DNA of 64,000 nt from an uncultured Anaerolineales bacterium (lineage in GTDB: Bacteria > Chloroflexota > Anaerolineae > Epilineales > JAANWY01), in contig CAZHMV010000002.1 in the NCBI GenBank assembly GCA_964532665.1, positions 84,679 through 148,678 of the forward strand. The letters run 5' to 3'. The position numbers were made by a program, and so were the translations under genes. Positions 37,549 to 46,474 of this stretch are shown here, piece after piece. The notes under the pieces were generated by a model. The model worked only from the letters and a program-made list of their open reading frames with translations. It did no database searches and had not been told where the DNA came from. The stretch's first letter is position 1; each line of letters begins with the position of its first letter.

Positions 37549-38631
37549 ATGCAAATCTCAGACTCTCTCTACGGCAAAATCCTCCTCGATCCATGGGCAG
37601 AACGGCTCGTGCGGACGGCGGCATTCGACCGCCTGCACGACGTCTCCCTGTCCAGCCTGCCGCCCGAGTTTTGGCCGGATGTCGCGCGGGCGTCTCGATG
37701 GGAGCACTGCCTGGGCGTGTACCACCTCGCAAAGATCGCGCAACCCGACGATCTGGAACTGCAGGCAGCAGCGCTGCTGCACGACGCCGGCCAGCCCCCC
37801 TTCTCTCACCTGGCCGAACATCTGATGATCGAGATGCGGGGCGTCGATCACGAGGAGCGGGTGGCCGAACTCATCGAGAGGATGGGTGCGCGCCGGCTGG
37901 CGCCCGACATCGACTGGGATGTCGTGCCGGCCTTGATCCTGGGCAAGGGTCGCGGCCAACTCCTCAGCAGCACGATGGACCTGGATAACATCGACTATCC
38001 GCTGCGTTCCTTCGACGACCTGCGAGATGCGTACGATGCGGTGCGCCTGGCCAGGGGCCTGGTGGTGCACGACGGCATTCTTGCACTGCGCCCCGAGGTC
38101 AGACCCGACGCCCTGGCCTGGCAGCAGACGCGACGCCGGCTGTACGACCGCTACTGGAGCCACGGCAACCTCGTCCCCCACGCCATGCTGCGCAAGGCCG
38201 TCGAGTTGGTGGCCGCTGACGGCGCTCTCCCCCTGCGCTTTTTCGATCTGGCAAACGCGGAAGCGCTGGATTTCCTGGCCAGCTTCGATGCAGTCCGACC
38301 ACTTCTGGACCGACTGTGGGCATTGGACGTCTACGTCTGCGTCTGGGAGGCCGTGACTGCACCGAACCTGCACATCCCGTGGCGTGACATGCTGGCGCTG
38401 GAATCCGAGATCGCGGAGCGCGCCGGCCTGCGTCCGGTTGATGTCGTGCTGGAACTGAGCACCTCGCGCGCCGCCCGTGCGCTGCCGCCGGTGCTGGCCG
38501 ATGGCGGGCTGTCTCCCACACGCCCACCCGACCCCTCAGAACGAATCCTCCACGTCTTCGCCGCGCAGACCACCGGGCAAGTCGCGGGGGCCGCCGAGGC
38601 GGTGCTTGGCCGGTGGAAGCACTGCGGATAG
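37549..38631 (+). CDS. HD-domain phosphohydrolase (dNTPase/YdhJ-like)
   Basis: SRWEHCLGVYHL, AAALLHDAGQPPFSHLAE, DLDNIDY. Confidence 0.8.
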   Translation: MQISDSLYGKILLDPWAERLVRTAAFDRLHDVSLSSLPPEFWPDVARASRWEHCLGVYHLAKIAQPDDLELQAAALLHDAGQPPFSHLAEHLMIEMRGVDHEERVAELIERMGARRLAPDIDWDVVPALILGKGRGQLLSSTMDLDNIDYPLRSFDDLRDAYDAVRLARGLVVHDGILALRPEVRPDALAWQQTRRRLYDRYWSHGNLVPHAMLRKAVELVAADGALPLRFFDLANAEALDFLASFDAVRPLLDRLWALDVYVCVWEAVTAPNLHIPWRDMLALESEIAERAGLRPVDVVLELSTSRAARALPPVLADGGLSPTRPPDPSERILHVFAAQTTGQVAGAAEAVLGRWKHCG

Positions 38632-38827
38632 CCAGGACGACCACGATCTGGCGATTGCCGGCAGCACAGAACGGAACTGACTCCCCGGCTCCTTTCCATT
38701 CGACCCCTTCAATCCGACTTGCCTCATTCCTGTCCAGGAGAGACCTCAGGACAGGATCTTCGCCGACCAGCCGCCGTAGGGCGGCTTTGCAGTTGTTGCC
38801 GCGAATTCATTCGCCAGGCATCCGCTC

Positions 38828-38856
38828 TTGACGCCGCCGCCCTTCCCGGCTACACT
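38828..38856 (+). promoter_or_regulatory. Sigma70 promoter (TTGACG-17-TACACT)
   Basis: The -10 box ends 9 nt before the HAD ATG; no SD sequence. Confidence 0.6.
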
Positions 38857-38865
38857 TGGGCAATC

Positions 38866-39621
38866 ATGTCCGCCATTCGAGCTGTCACCTTCGACTTCTG
38901 GTCCACCCTGTACGTGCCGCGAGATCGTGCCCAGCTTCAGACGGTCCGTGAGCAGCGCCCCATCGTGCTCCGAGATGTGCTGACTGAGGCCGGCTTCCCC
39001 TTCTCTCTCGACGCCGTGCGCGCTGCGTATCAGCCTCCCGCCGAACTGGTGGGGCCGGCGGTGACGCTGGGCGATACGATTGATGCAATGTGCCAACGGC
39101 TGGACATCCGGCCCTCTGCCGAGGTGCGACGCCGGCTGGTGCGCGTGCTGGATGAATTGGCCGGCAAAATTCGCTGGGTTCACGCGCCGGGCGCGCCGGC
39201 TGTGCTGCGCCACCTGCGGCAGCACGACTACTTGTTGGGTTTGGTAGCCAACGCGTACTTCCCCTCGAGTCGCGTCATCCGCCAGGTACTGGGCGCCGAC
39301 GGCACGCTCATGTACTTCCAGGCCTTCGCATTCTCCGACGAAGTCGGTGTCTACAAGCCCGACCCGGCGATATTTCAACACGTTCTGTACCACCTGGATC
39401 TCGACACGGACCCTGGAGTCGTTGTGCACGTGGGCGACCATCCCGAGGCGGATGTGGCCGGCGCGCGTGCAGCCGGCCTGCACACCGTGCGCTACGCCGG
39501 CTACCGGGATCGCGCCGCCGCTCCAGAGGCCGACGTCGTGCTCCGCGATTTCCGCCAACTGCCGGACATCATCCACAACTGGACGTTTGGATCGTTTGAC
39601 AATCAGCCAATTGGCTCTTGA
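38866..39621 (+). CDS. HAD-superfamily hydrolase
   Basis: AVTFDFWSTL, YKPDPAIF, VHVGDHPEADVAGARAAGL. Confidence 0.85.
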   Translation: MSAIRAVTFDFWSTLYVPRDRAQLQTVREQRPIVLRDVLTEAGFPFSLDAVRAAYQPPAELVGPAVTLGDTIDAMCQRLDIRPSAEVRRRLVRVLDELAGKIRWVHAPGAPAVLRHLRQHDYLLGLVANAYFPSSRVIRQVLGADGTLMYFQAFAFSDEVGVYKPDPAIFQHVLYHLDLDTDPGVVVHVGDHPEADVAGARAAGLHTVRYAGYRDRAAAPEADVVLRDFRQLPDIIHNWTFGSFDNQPIGS

Positions 39622-39654
39622 CATTCCTTTTTTTTCCGCTATAATGCCAATTGG
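39606..39654 (+). promoter_or_regulatory. Promoter TTGACA-16-TATAAT flanked by two GCCAATTGG palindromes (candidate MocR operator)
   Basis: GCCAATTGGC at 39606-39615 and GCCAATTGG at 39646-39654, 40 bp apart. Confidence 0.65.
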
Positions 39655-39655
39655 T

Positions 39656-41173
39656 ATGGTCCAACTGATCCAACTTGACCGTGGAAGTCAAATCCCGCTC
39701 TACCTCCAGATCAGGGGTCAACTGCGCGAGATGATCCTGGCCGGCGTTCTGCCGGAAGGAACACGGCTCCCGCCGGAGCGCACACTGGCCGAGCGGCTGG
39801 GCGTCAATCGCGGCACAGTGACCAACGCCTATCGCGAGTTGGTCGCCGATGGCCTGGCGGAGGCGCGCGTGGGGCGAGGGACGGTCGTGCGCCGGCTGGA
39901 CATCAACACGGATGTGACCGGGCTGGCATTGCTGGCCGCCCCCCCGTGGGCGGAACTGTTTGCCCAGCAGCCGCGGTGGTTGCGCCATCCCCTGCTCGGT
40001 GACCTGGCGGCGCTGGCAGCCCACAGAGACGTCATCTCCCTGGCCGCCGGCGTGCCGGCCCCCGACCTCTACCCGACCAGGGCTTTCGGACAAGTCGTGG
40101 GCGACCTGCTGGCACAGGGCGATCCGGCCAGGCTCGGCCCCTGTCCCACCGAAGGGATCGAGCCACTACGCCGCGCGATTGCTGAGCGACTGATGGACCC
40201 GGCAGCCGGCGTCAGTCCGCACGAAATCTTGATCGTCACCGGTTCGCAGCAGGGTCTCGACCTGATCGCGCGCGCCTTCATTGATCCCGGCGACGCTGTT
40301 GTCATCGAAGCGCCGACCTACCTGGGCGCTCTCCAGACCTTCGGTGCAGCCGGCGCGCGCCTGCTGAGCGTACCTCTGGACGAACACGGGCTACGCCTGG
40401 ACGTTTTGCAGGGCCTGCTGGCGCGACACCGACCCAAATTCATCTACACGCTGCCCACCTGCCAGAATCCGTCGGGAGTGACCCAGAACCTGGAACGACG
40501 ACGGGGACTGTTGGACCTGGCAGGCCGCTTTGGCGTGCCTGTTGTCGAGGATGATCCGTATGGCCCGTTGTACTACGATGTAGCGCCTCCGCCGACGCTC
40601 AAGGCATTGGCCGGCCACGACCGGACTATTTATCTGAGCACGTTCTCCAAAATTATGTTTCCGGGGCTACGGCTCGGGTGGGTGGCAGCCCCACGACCGG
40701 TTATCGAGCGACTGGCGTCGATCAAGCAGCGGGTCGATCTGTATGGCAACAGCCTGGCACAGTGGGCCACAGTGACCTTCATCCAGGATGGGTATCTGGA
40801 TGCTCACCTGGCGTGGGTGCGCGGAATCTATCCCCGCCGGCGACAGGCTATGGTCGATGCGCTGCGCCAGGCATGTCCCGAGCTGCGGTTTCAAGTCCCC
40901 AACGGCGGATTCAACCTGTGGTGCCGGCTGCCGGCTGGCTTGAAATCGCGGGCCTTGCTGATGGAGGCCGGCCGGCAAGGTGTGGCCTTTGTCCCGGGGG
41001 AGGTTTTCTATGCCGAGGCCGGCGGGGAAGACGCCCTGCGTCTCAATTTCTCGTCTCAACCCGGGCCCCACATCCATGAGGGGATCGCACGACTGGGCAG
41101 GGCGCTGGAAATCCTGAAATCGCGACGCGAACAGGAGCCAGAAATCACCCGATTGGCTCAGCCGCTGGTGTGA
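39656..41173 (+). CDS. MocR/GabR-family regulator (GntR wHTH plus PLP aminotransferase domain)
   Basis: PLYLQI...LPPERTLAERLGVNRGTVTNAY; GSQQGLDL; VEDDPY; STFSKIMFPGLRLGW. Confidence 0.92.
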   Translation: MVQLIQLDRGSQIPLYLQIRGQLREMILAGVLPEGTRLPPERTLAERLGVNRGTVTNAYRELVADGLAEARVGRGTVVRRLDINTDVTGLALLAAPPWAELFAQQPRWLRHPLLGDLAALAAHRDVISLAAGVPAPDLYPTRAFGQVVGDLLAQGDPARLGPCPTEGIEPLRRAIAERLMDPAAGVSPHEILIVTGSQQGLDLIARAFIDPGDAVVIEAPTYLGALQTFGAAGARLLSVPLDEHGLRLDVLQGLLARHRPKFIYTLPTCQNPSGVTQNLERRRGLLDLAGRFGVPVVEDDPYGPLYYDVAPPPTLKALAGHDRTIYLSTFSKIMFPGLRLGWVAAPRPVIERLASIKQRVDLYGNSLAQWATVTFIQDGYLDAHLAWVRGIYPRRRQAMVDALRQACPELRFQVPNGGFNLWCRLPAGLKSRALLMEAGRQGVAFVPGEVFYAEAGGEDALRLNFSSQPGPHIHEGIARLGRALEILKSRREQEPEITRLAQPLV

Positions 41174-41212
41174 CAAAACAAACTCACTTTTCGAAAGGGA
41201 GGACTGTCGAAC

Positions 41213-41755
41213 ATGCTCAAAGAACGCTCAACACTAGACCCACGCACCATCGCCCTCATCTCCATCATGACAGCGGTCACGATTGTGTTCACGCTGGCCG
41301 TGCGTGTGCCGTTCGCGCCGACGCGAGGTTACTTCACGCTGGCTGACGTGGGGGTGTATTTCACCGCCTTCGCCTTTGGTCCACTGATCGGGTTCATCGT
41401 CGGGGGACTGGGCACCGGCCTGGCCGATGTCCTGGGTGGATATGCCCACTTCGCTATCTGGTCGTTTCTGATCCACGGCTTTCAGGGGCTGGTGGCCGGC
41501 TACCTGGGCTATCGGCGGGGGTGGTCTGGCATGATCGCCGGCTGGTTGGCCGGCGCTGTGGTGATGATTGGCGGCTATTTTGCGGTGGAGTACTGGCTGG
41601 AAGGATTCGGACCGGCCGCCGGCGAGGCGACGACCGTCAACCTGCCCCAGGTTGCCATCGGCGGCCTGGTGGCTCTGGCCCTGCTCGTTGCCGTGCGCCG
41701 CGCCTATCCCCAGATCGACACATTCGCTCAACCGCGCAGATGGCGTGAAGGGTAG
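41213..41755 (+). CDS. ECF S component, HmpT/PdxU2-like (probable vitamin B6 vitamer)
   Basis: VPFAPTRGYFTLADVGVYFTAFAFGP..G.IVGGLGTGLADVLGGY pattern; directly behind the MocR regulator. Confidence 0.75.
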   Translation: MLKERSTLDPRTIALISIMTAVTIVFTLAVRVPFAPTRGYFTLADVGVYFTAFAFGPLIGFIVGGLGTGLADVLGGYAHFAIWSFLIHGFQGLVAGYLGYRRGWSGMIAGWLAGAVVMIGGYFAVEYWLEGFGPAAGEATTVNLPQVAIGGLVALALLVAVRRAYPQIDTFAQPRRWREG

Positions 41756-41763
41756 ACTCAGCC

Positions 41764-43554
41764 CTGATTCACGTTGACAACCTGCACTACAGTTATCCCC
41801 CGGTGATCCCCGGCGGCGATCCCGTGCCCGCCCTGCGCGGCATCGACCTGGAAATCGGGCGCGGCGAATTCGTCGCTGTGATGGGAGCAACCGGGGCCGG
41901 CAAGACCACGCTGTGCCTGGCTCTCACCGGTCTCGTACCCCATGCCACCGGTGGGATCATTCGCGGCGATGTCCGGGTAGAGGGCCGCAACACGAAACAG
42001 TGCAGCGTGGCTGACCTGGCAACCCTCGTCGGCCTTGTGTTCCAGGACTCTGAGAGCCAACTGTTCAACATGAGCGTGGAACAGGAAGCGGCGTTCGGGC
42101 CAGAGAGCCTGGGTCTGCCGGCGGGTGAGATCGAGCAGCGCATCGATTGGGCGCTGGAGGCCGTCGGGCTGTCTGAGCTCAGGCAGCGGTCGCCGGCTGC
42201 GTTGTCGGGTGGACAGCAACGCCGGCTGGCCATCGCCTCCGTGCTGGCCATGCGGCCGGCTCTGCTCGTCCTGGACGAACCGGTGGCCGGCCTCGACCCG
42301 CTGGGGCGTCAGGCTGTCCTGTCGGTGATCGCTGACCTGCGCCGGCAGGGAACCACGGTTCTCATGGCAACTCAGGACCCGGACACTGTCGCCGCGCTTG
42401 CCGATCGCGTGGTTGTTCTGGACGAAGGCCGGCTTGCCGTGGTTGGGACCCCGCGTGTGGTTTTCAGCCAGGTTGATCTCATGCACGCCCTCGGGCTGGA
42501 AGTCCCACAGGTGACCGAGGCCGGCTGGAAGTTGGGATGGGACCCGCTGCCGCTGACGTTGGAGGAAGCGGAAAAGAGGGGAACTCGGGGGAACTTGGGG
42601 GAACTTGGGGGAACTCAGGAGAACTCAGGGGAACTCAGGGGAACTCAGGGGAACTCAGGGGCATTGGACAACAAACTCCATGTTCCCCTGAATTCCCCCA
42701 AATTCCCCCGAGTTCCCCTGAGTTCGGGTTCTCCTTCCGTTCGCGTTGACGATCTCTGGTATCAGTACGACGGGGTTCAGGCATTGGCCGGGGCGACCTG
42801 TTCGTTCGAGGGCGGCGGGTTTGTGGCGCTGGTTGGGGCGAACGGGTCAGGGAAAACAACGCTGGCGAAGCACCTGAACGGTCTGTTGCTTCCTCAGCGT
42901 GGTCGGGTGGTCGTGCTGGGGGATGACACGCGGTCGCTGCCGGCCGGCGTTCTGGCACGTCGGGTGGGCTACGTGTTCCAGAATCCAGATCATCAGATCT
43001 TCGCGCCGTCGGTGCGCGACGAGGTGGCATTCGGCCCGCGCAATTTGGGGCTGCCGGCCGACGAAGTCGAGGCGCGCGTCGAGGCGGCCCTGGCGACTTT
43101 CGACCTGACCGATGTGGCGGCTGTGCCACCGGCAACGCTGGGCTACGGGACTCGCCGGCTGGTTGCTCTGGCATCTGTGCACGCGATGGATCCCGAAGTC
43201 CTGATCCTGGACGAGGCAACCGTCGGCCTGGATCGCCGGCTGGCGGGCCGGCTCATGGCATGGGCCGAAGAACGCCAGCGTCAGGGGGTCACGGTGATCA
43301 TGATCACCCACGACATGCGGCTGGTCGCCGAGCGCGCTCAGCGCTGCCTGGTCATGCGTGCCGGCCAGGTCCTGGCAAACGGCACGCCGGCCCAGGTCTT
43401 TGCTGACCCGACCAGCCTGACGACAGGCCTGAACCCGCCGCCGGTGTTTGAGCTGGGCCGGCGACTTGGCCTGTCTTCTCCAACATTGACCGTTGCCGAC
43501 TTCTGCACGCTCTATGCCGGCCGGCTGAAAGAAGACAGAGGACGTGAAACATAA
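41764..43554 (+). CDS. ECF fused dual ATPase with repeat-encoded linker insertion
   Basis: GATGAGKT and GANGSGKT Walker A motifs, LSGGQQRR. The frame extends upstream of the track start (41803) to CTG 41764 (IHVDNLHYSYP). Confidence 0.88.
   Translation: MIHVDNLHYSYPPVIPGGDPVPALRGIDLEIGRGEFVAVMGATGAGKTTLCLALTGLVPHATGGIIRGDVRVEGRNTKQCSVADLATLVGLVFQDSESQLFNMSVEQEAAFGPESLGLPAGEIEQRIDWALEAVGLSELRQRSPAALSGGQQRRLAIASVLAMRPALLVLDEPVAGLDPLGRQAVLSVIADLRRQGTTVLMATQDPDTVAALADRVVVLDEGRLAVVGTPRVVFSQVDLMHALGLEVPQVTEAGWKLGWDPLPLTLEEAEKRGTRGNLGELGGTQENSGELRGTQGNSGALDNKLHVPLNSPKFPRVPLSSGSPSVRVDDLWYQYDGVQALAGATCSFEGGGFVALVGANGSGKTTLAKHLNGLLLPQRGRVVVLGDDTRSLPAGVLARRVGYVFQNPDHQIFAPSVRDEVAFGPRNLGLPADEVEARVEAALATFDLTDVAAVPPATLGYGTRRLVALASVHAMDPEVLILDEATVGLDRRLAGRLMAWAEERQRQGVTVIMITHDMRLVAERAQRCLVMRAGQVLANGTPAQVFADPTSLTTGLNPPPVFELGRRLGLSSPTLTVADFCTLYAGRLKEDRGRET
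42577..42727. repeat. GGAACTC-family element inserted in frame in the ATPase linker
   Basis: About eight tandem ~10-mers (ggggaactc(a/g)/ggggaacttg) with an inverted arm; encodes GTRGNLGELGGTQENSGELRGTQGNSG...PLNSPKFPRVPLSS. Confidence 0.85.
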
Positions 43555-43624
43555 AACGTGAAACGTGAAGACTGGTCAGAGGGAGAAGCCATCACGTTTC
43601 ACGTTTTACGTTTCACGTTTCGCG
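43542..43624. repeat. Tandem 7-mer inverted hairpin (ACGTGAA family)
   Basis: acgtgaaacataaaacgtgaaacgtgaa ... tcacgtttcacgttttacgtttcacgtttcgcg. The right arm is nearly identical to that at 17319-17344. Confidence 0.8.
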
Positions 43625-43657
43625 CCGTTGTATTGAGTCGACAAAGTCCATAGCAGA

Positions 43658-44467
43658 ATGGCTATCACCACACCGATCTACGTCCACGGCAATTCCTGGC
43701 TTCACCAACTGGACCCGCGAGTGAAGTTGCTGTTCGCTGTTGGTGGGATGGCGACGATGTTAGCGCTCGGGAATCTGCCTGTGTTTCTGGTGTTCCTGGT
43801 CGTGTGCCACGTCCTGCTGTTGTTGGCCGGCGTGCCGGTGAGTCGGCTGGCATGGGCCTGGCGGTTGATGCTGCCGATCACCATCCTGATCCCGGTTCTG
43901 TGGCCCATTTTCTCCACCGCCGGCAGTTCCGTGCTCCTCAGGCTGGGTCCGATCACGGTCACAACGCTGGATGTGTGGCAGGGTCTGGCTATGGCAGCCC
44001 GGGTCGATGCCATGGCTTTTGCCTTTTTCGTGTGGCTGTTTACCACCGACCAGGAGTCGATGGTTGCGGGACTGGTCGGCCTGGGGATACCCTACGAGTG
44101 GGGGCTGGTGGTGGCCATTTCGCTGCGCTACGTGCCAACGCTGTACGAGTCGTTCCAGCGAGTGCTGGACGCCCAGCGGGCGCGGGGGCTGGTGATTCCG
44201 CGGTCAAATCCGGCGAAAGCGGCGCGAGCTTACCTGCCGGCCCTGGTAGCCACACTCATCGGGGCACTGCGCACAGCCGAGCACCTGTCGTGGGCCATGC
44301 AGGCGCGGGCATTCGGGGCAACGGGCCGGCAGCGGACCATCCGGCGGGAGTTGCGCTTCAGGCCGGCAGATGGGGTCGCGACGGCAGTGGTGGTTCTTGG
44401 GTTTGGAGCGGTTATCGTTGCGCGTGTCCTCTTCGGTTTTGGCCGGCTGCCGTTATCGCTGTTGTAA
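43658..44467 (+). CDS. ecfT: ECF T component
   Basis: LHQLDPRVKL, ISLRYVP, AQRARG, AMQARAF. Confidence 0.9.
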   Translation: MAITTPIYVHGNSWLHQLDPRVKLLFAVGGMATMLALGNLPVFLVFLVVCHVLLLLAGVPVSRLAWAWRLMLPITILIPVLWPIFSTAGSSVLLRLGPITVTTLDVWQGLAMAARVDAMAFAFFVWLFTTDQESMVAGLVGLGIPYEWGLVVAISLRYVPTLYESFQRVLDAQRARGLVIPRSNPAKAARAYLPALVATLIGALRTAEHLSWAMQARAFGATGRQRTIRRELRFRPADGVATAVVVLGFGAVIVARVLFGFGRLPLSLL

Positions 44468-44578
44468 CCCACCTGGCCATTTCAGGTCGCAGTTCGGGGG
44501 GAGGCACGGGACGCTCGTAGTTGATGCGCCAGTCGTAGCCGGCGCGGCCATAGACAGCCCGGATTGCAGCATTCTGCC
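44462..44578 (-). pseudogene. C-terminal remnant of a DUF4058-like gene
   Basis: Minus frame reads RQNAAIRAVYGRAGYDWRINYERPVPPPELRPEMARWV with an upstream in-frame stop. Family recognised from memory. Confidence 0.5.
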
Positions 44579-44626
44579 TTCAATCAGGAACACTTGCCTG
44601 GTCGAATATCAGTAAATGAGAATTCT

Positions 44627-44666
44627 CGCTCCTGACTGGTCACGGACCAGTCAGGAGCGTGTTTTC
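44627..44666. terminator. Perfect 15-bp hairpin between convergent ecfT and acyP
   Basis: cgctcctgactggtc-acg-gaccagtcaggagcg followed by tgttttc. Confidence 0.6.
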
Positions 44667-44730
44667 CCAGGTACTGAATATCGTCAAGTGGATTATAGGT
44701 CGGGGGAAGCAGACAGACAAACTGACGTAC

Positions 44731-45015
44731 TTATCGTGTGTAGCGTATCGAAAATGTATCGAACGCTCCGGTATATTCGCCGTATTCCACATCCACGTGA
44801 GTGACCAGGGCTCGCGGCGGGCCTTGTCGTGCGAACCGGACCATCTGGCGCACGGCGTCCTCTTCCCCCTCAAACACGGCCTCCACTCGACCGTCGATCA
44901 GATTGCGCACCCAGCCGGTAACGCCGAGGGCCTGGGCGCGCCGGCGCGTCGTGTCGCGGAAGTAGACACCATGCACATGCCCCTCGATGTAAACGTGCGC
45001 TCGTGCCTTGCTCAC
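44731..45015 (-). CDS. acyP: Acylphosphatase
   Basis: VYIEGHVHGVYFR, GVTGWVRNL.DGRVE, QGPPRALV. The usual VQGV reads VHGV here. Confidence 0.9.
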   Translation of the reverse strand: MSKARAHVYIEGHVHGVYFRDTTRRRAQALGVTGWVRNLIDGRVEAVFEGEEDAVRQMVRFARQGPPRALVTHVDVEYGEYTGAFDTFSIRYTR

Positions 45016-45033
45016 ATCTGTTCACCCCTTGCT

Positions 45034-45495
45034 TCAGGATTCGCCGGCATCTACGATGTGAAAGCCAAAAGCATCTTCGATCAACTGTTTCTCCGGCTCG
45101 GCGTCGAGATCGGGATCGCCGTGCATCTGGTAGACGTAGCGGGCAACTTCGTGGCCGGCCGGGTCAAACAGAAGCGCGACGTCGCCCCGGTTGACCCAGA
45201 CAGGCTCCGAACTCCAGTACAAATCTGATGGGGGGTTCTGCTTCAGCGTCGCATTCGCGCCGGTGTGAATGGTCACGGTTCTGCCCGGCCCCAGTGTAAA
45301 GCCCGGCGGGAAGCGAAACACTTTTCCCTCTTTCAACGCGCCCAGAGACCAGCCACCTATCACCTGGGGCCGATCGCCGTTGTTGGTAACTTTCGCGTGC
45401 TCTGACCATCCCCAATTCCAGATCTCGGTGATTTCAACGCCAACCCGGGATCGCGAGCGAACCTGCGTCGTTTCAGCATACTGTGTCGTGGTCAT
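45034..45495 (-). CDS. Lamin-tail-domain (LTD) protein
   Basis: VTNNGDRPQVIGGWSL, FRFPPGFTLGPG.TVTIHTG, VWVNRGD.ALLFD..G.EV. Confidence 0.75.
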   Translation of the reverse strand: MTTTQYAETTQVRSRSRVGVEITEIWNWGWSEHAKVTNNGDRPQVIGGWSLGALKEGKVFRFPPGFTLGPGRTVTIHTGANATLKQNPPSDLYWSSEPVWVNRGDVALLFDPAGHEVARYVYQMHGDPDLDAEPEKQLIEDAFGFHIVDAGES

Positions 45496-45589
45496 GATGT
45501 ACTCCTTGGTTGTGGATTACTGCTATCGAGATTATAGGGAATGTGGCCCCAGGGTCAAATACAGTTGAAACCGGGGCTTGCGTAGCGCC

Positions 45590-46288
45590 TCAAGGTACGA
45601 CCTGGAGGATGACCAGCCACCACAGCACGGCGTGCAGCACCACCGTCGGCGCAATGGAACGGGTGCGCCAGCGCACCAGCCCCAGGATCAACGCCAGGCC
45701 GTAGAGTTCCAGCAGACGCGCCGACCAGCCGGCCAGCCCCGCATGCCCCTCATACAGGTCCAGCGGCAGGTGACGCAGGCCGAAGAGCAGGGCCGGCAGC
45801 AGGATGCTGAGCCAGACCTGCCCACGAGCCTCCAGTTGGGTCTGCATCCACCCCCGAAACATCCCCTCCTCGCCGGCAATGGCGGCGACCCACAGCGCCA
45901 GCAGGCCGGCGAACACCAGCAAGACCTGCGGGAAGGGGTAGCTTTGACCTCCGGTGCCGGCCTCGGTCACGGGGATCAGCCGGCTGATGATCCACGCCCA
46001 GGCCAGGAAGACGGCCAGCCCACCGAGTCCCCACGCCAGGCTGCGCCGGCCCGCCCAGTGCCAGGCCAGCCCCTCGCGCCAGGGGATGCCGCGCCGGCGC
46101 AGCCACCAGAGCGGCAAGCCCAGGTTCAGCGCCATCAGCCCGACCTCAGCCGGCACTTCGAGATACGGCGGAAGGGCGAAGTAGGGTTGACCGAAGATCA
46201 GGTAGATCAGCAGGTGCGGGCCGAAGTTGGCCACAACCCACAGCAGCAGGATCCAGCCGATGAGGCCAGCGGGCGTATCACGCGTCAC
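45590..46288 (-). CDS. CPBP/Abi (CAAX protease-like) intramembrane glutamic endopeptidase
   Basis: GEEGMFRGW, LLFGLRH, SIAPTVVLH. Start uncertain (GTG 46288 or ATG 46309). Confidence 0.85.
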   Translation of the reverse strand: MTRDTPAGLIGWILLLWVVANFGPHLLIYLIFGQPYFALPPYLEVPAEVGLMALNLGLPLWWLRRRGIPWREGLAWHWAGRRSLAWGLGGLAVFLAWAWIISRLIPVTEAGTGGQSYPFPQVLLVFAGLLALWVAAIAGEEGMFRGWMQTQLEARGQVWLSILLPALLFGLRHLPLDLYEGHAGLAGWSARLLELYGLALILGLVRWRTRSIAPTVVLHAVLWWLVILQVVP

Positions 46289-46463
46289 TTTTGCTCCAGG
46301 CGGATCCAAAAAGACAGGCCCGACGCACGTTCGGAAAGCCCGGCAAGATGACGGCCGCGGACCCGCGCACCGCCTGAGTCACCTGCTGCCGCAACGCCTC
46401 CTGCCTGTGAGCCTCCTGCTGCTGTCGCGCCTTCAAACAGGCCCGGCCGGCATCCAGATTCAC
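46278..46463 (-). pseudogene. N-terminal remnant of a minimal nucleotidyltransferase (MNT)
   Basis: Helical leader, then FPNVRRACLFGS, then an early stop before the DxD metal motif. Confidence 0.55.
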
Positions 46464-46474
46464 AACCGATCTCG

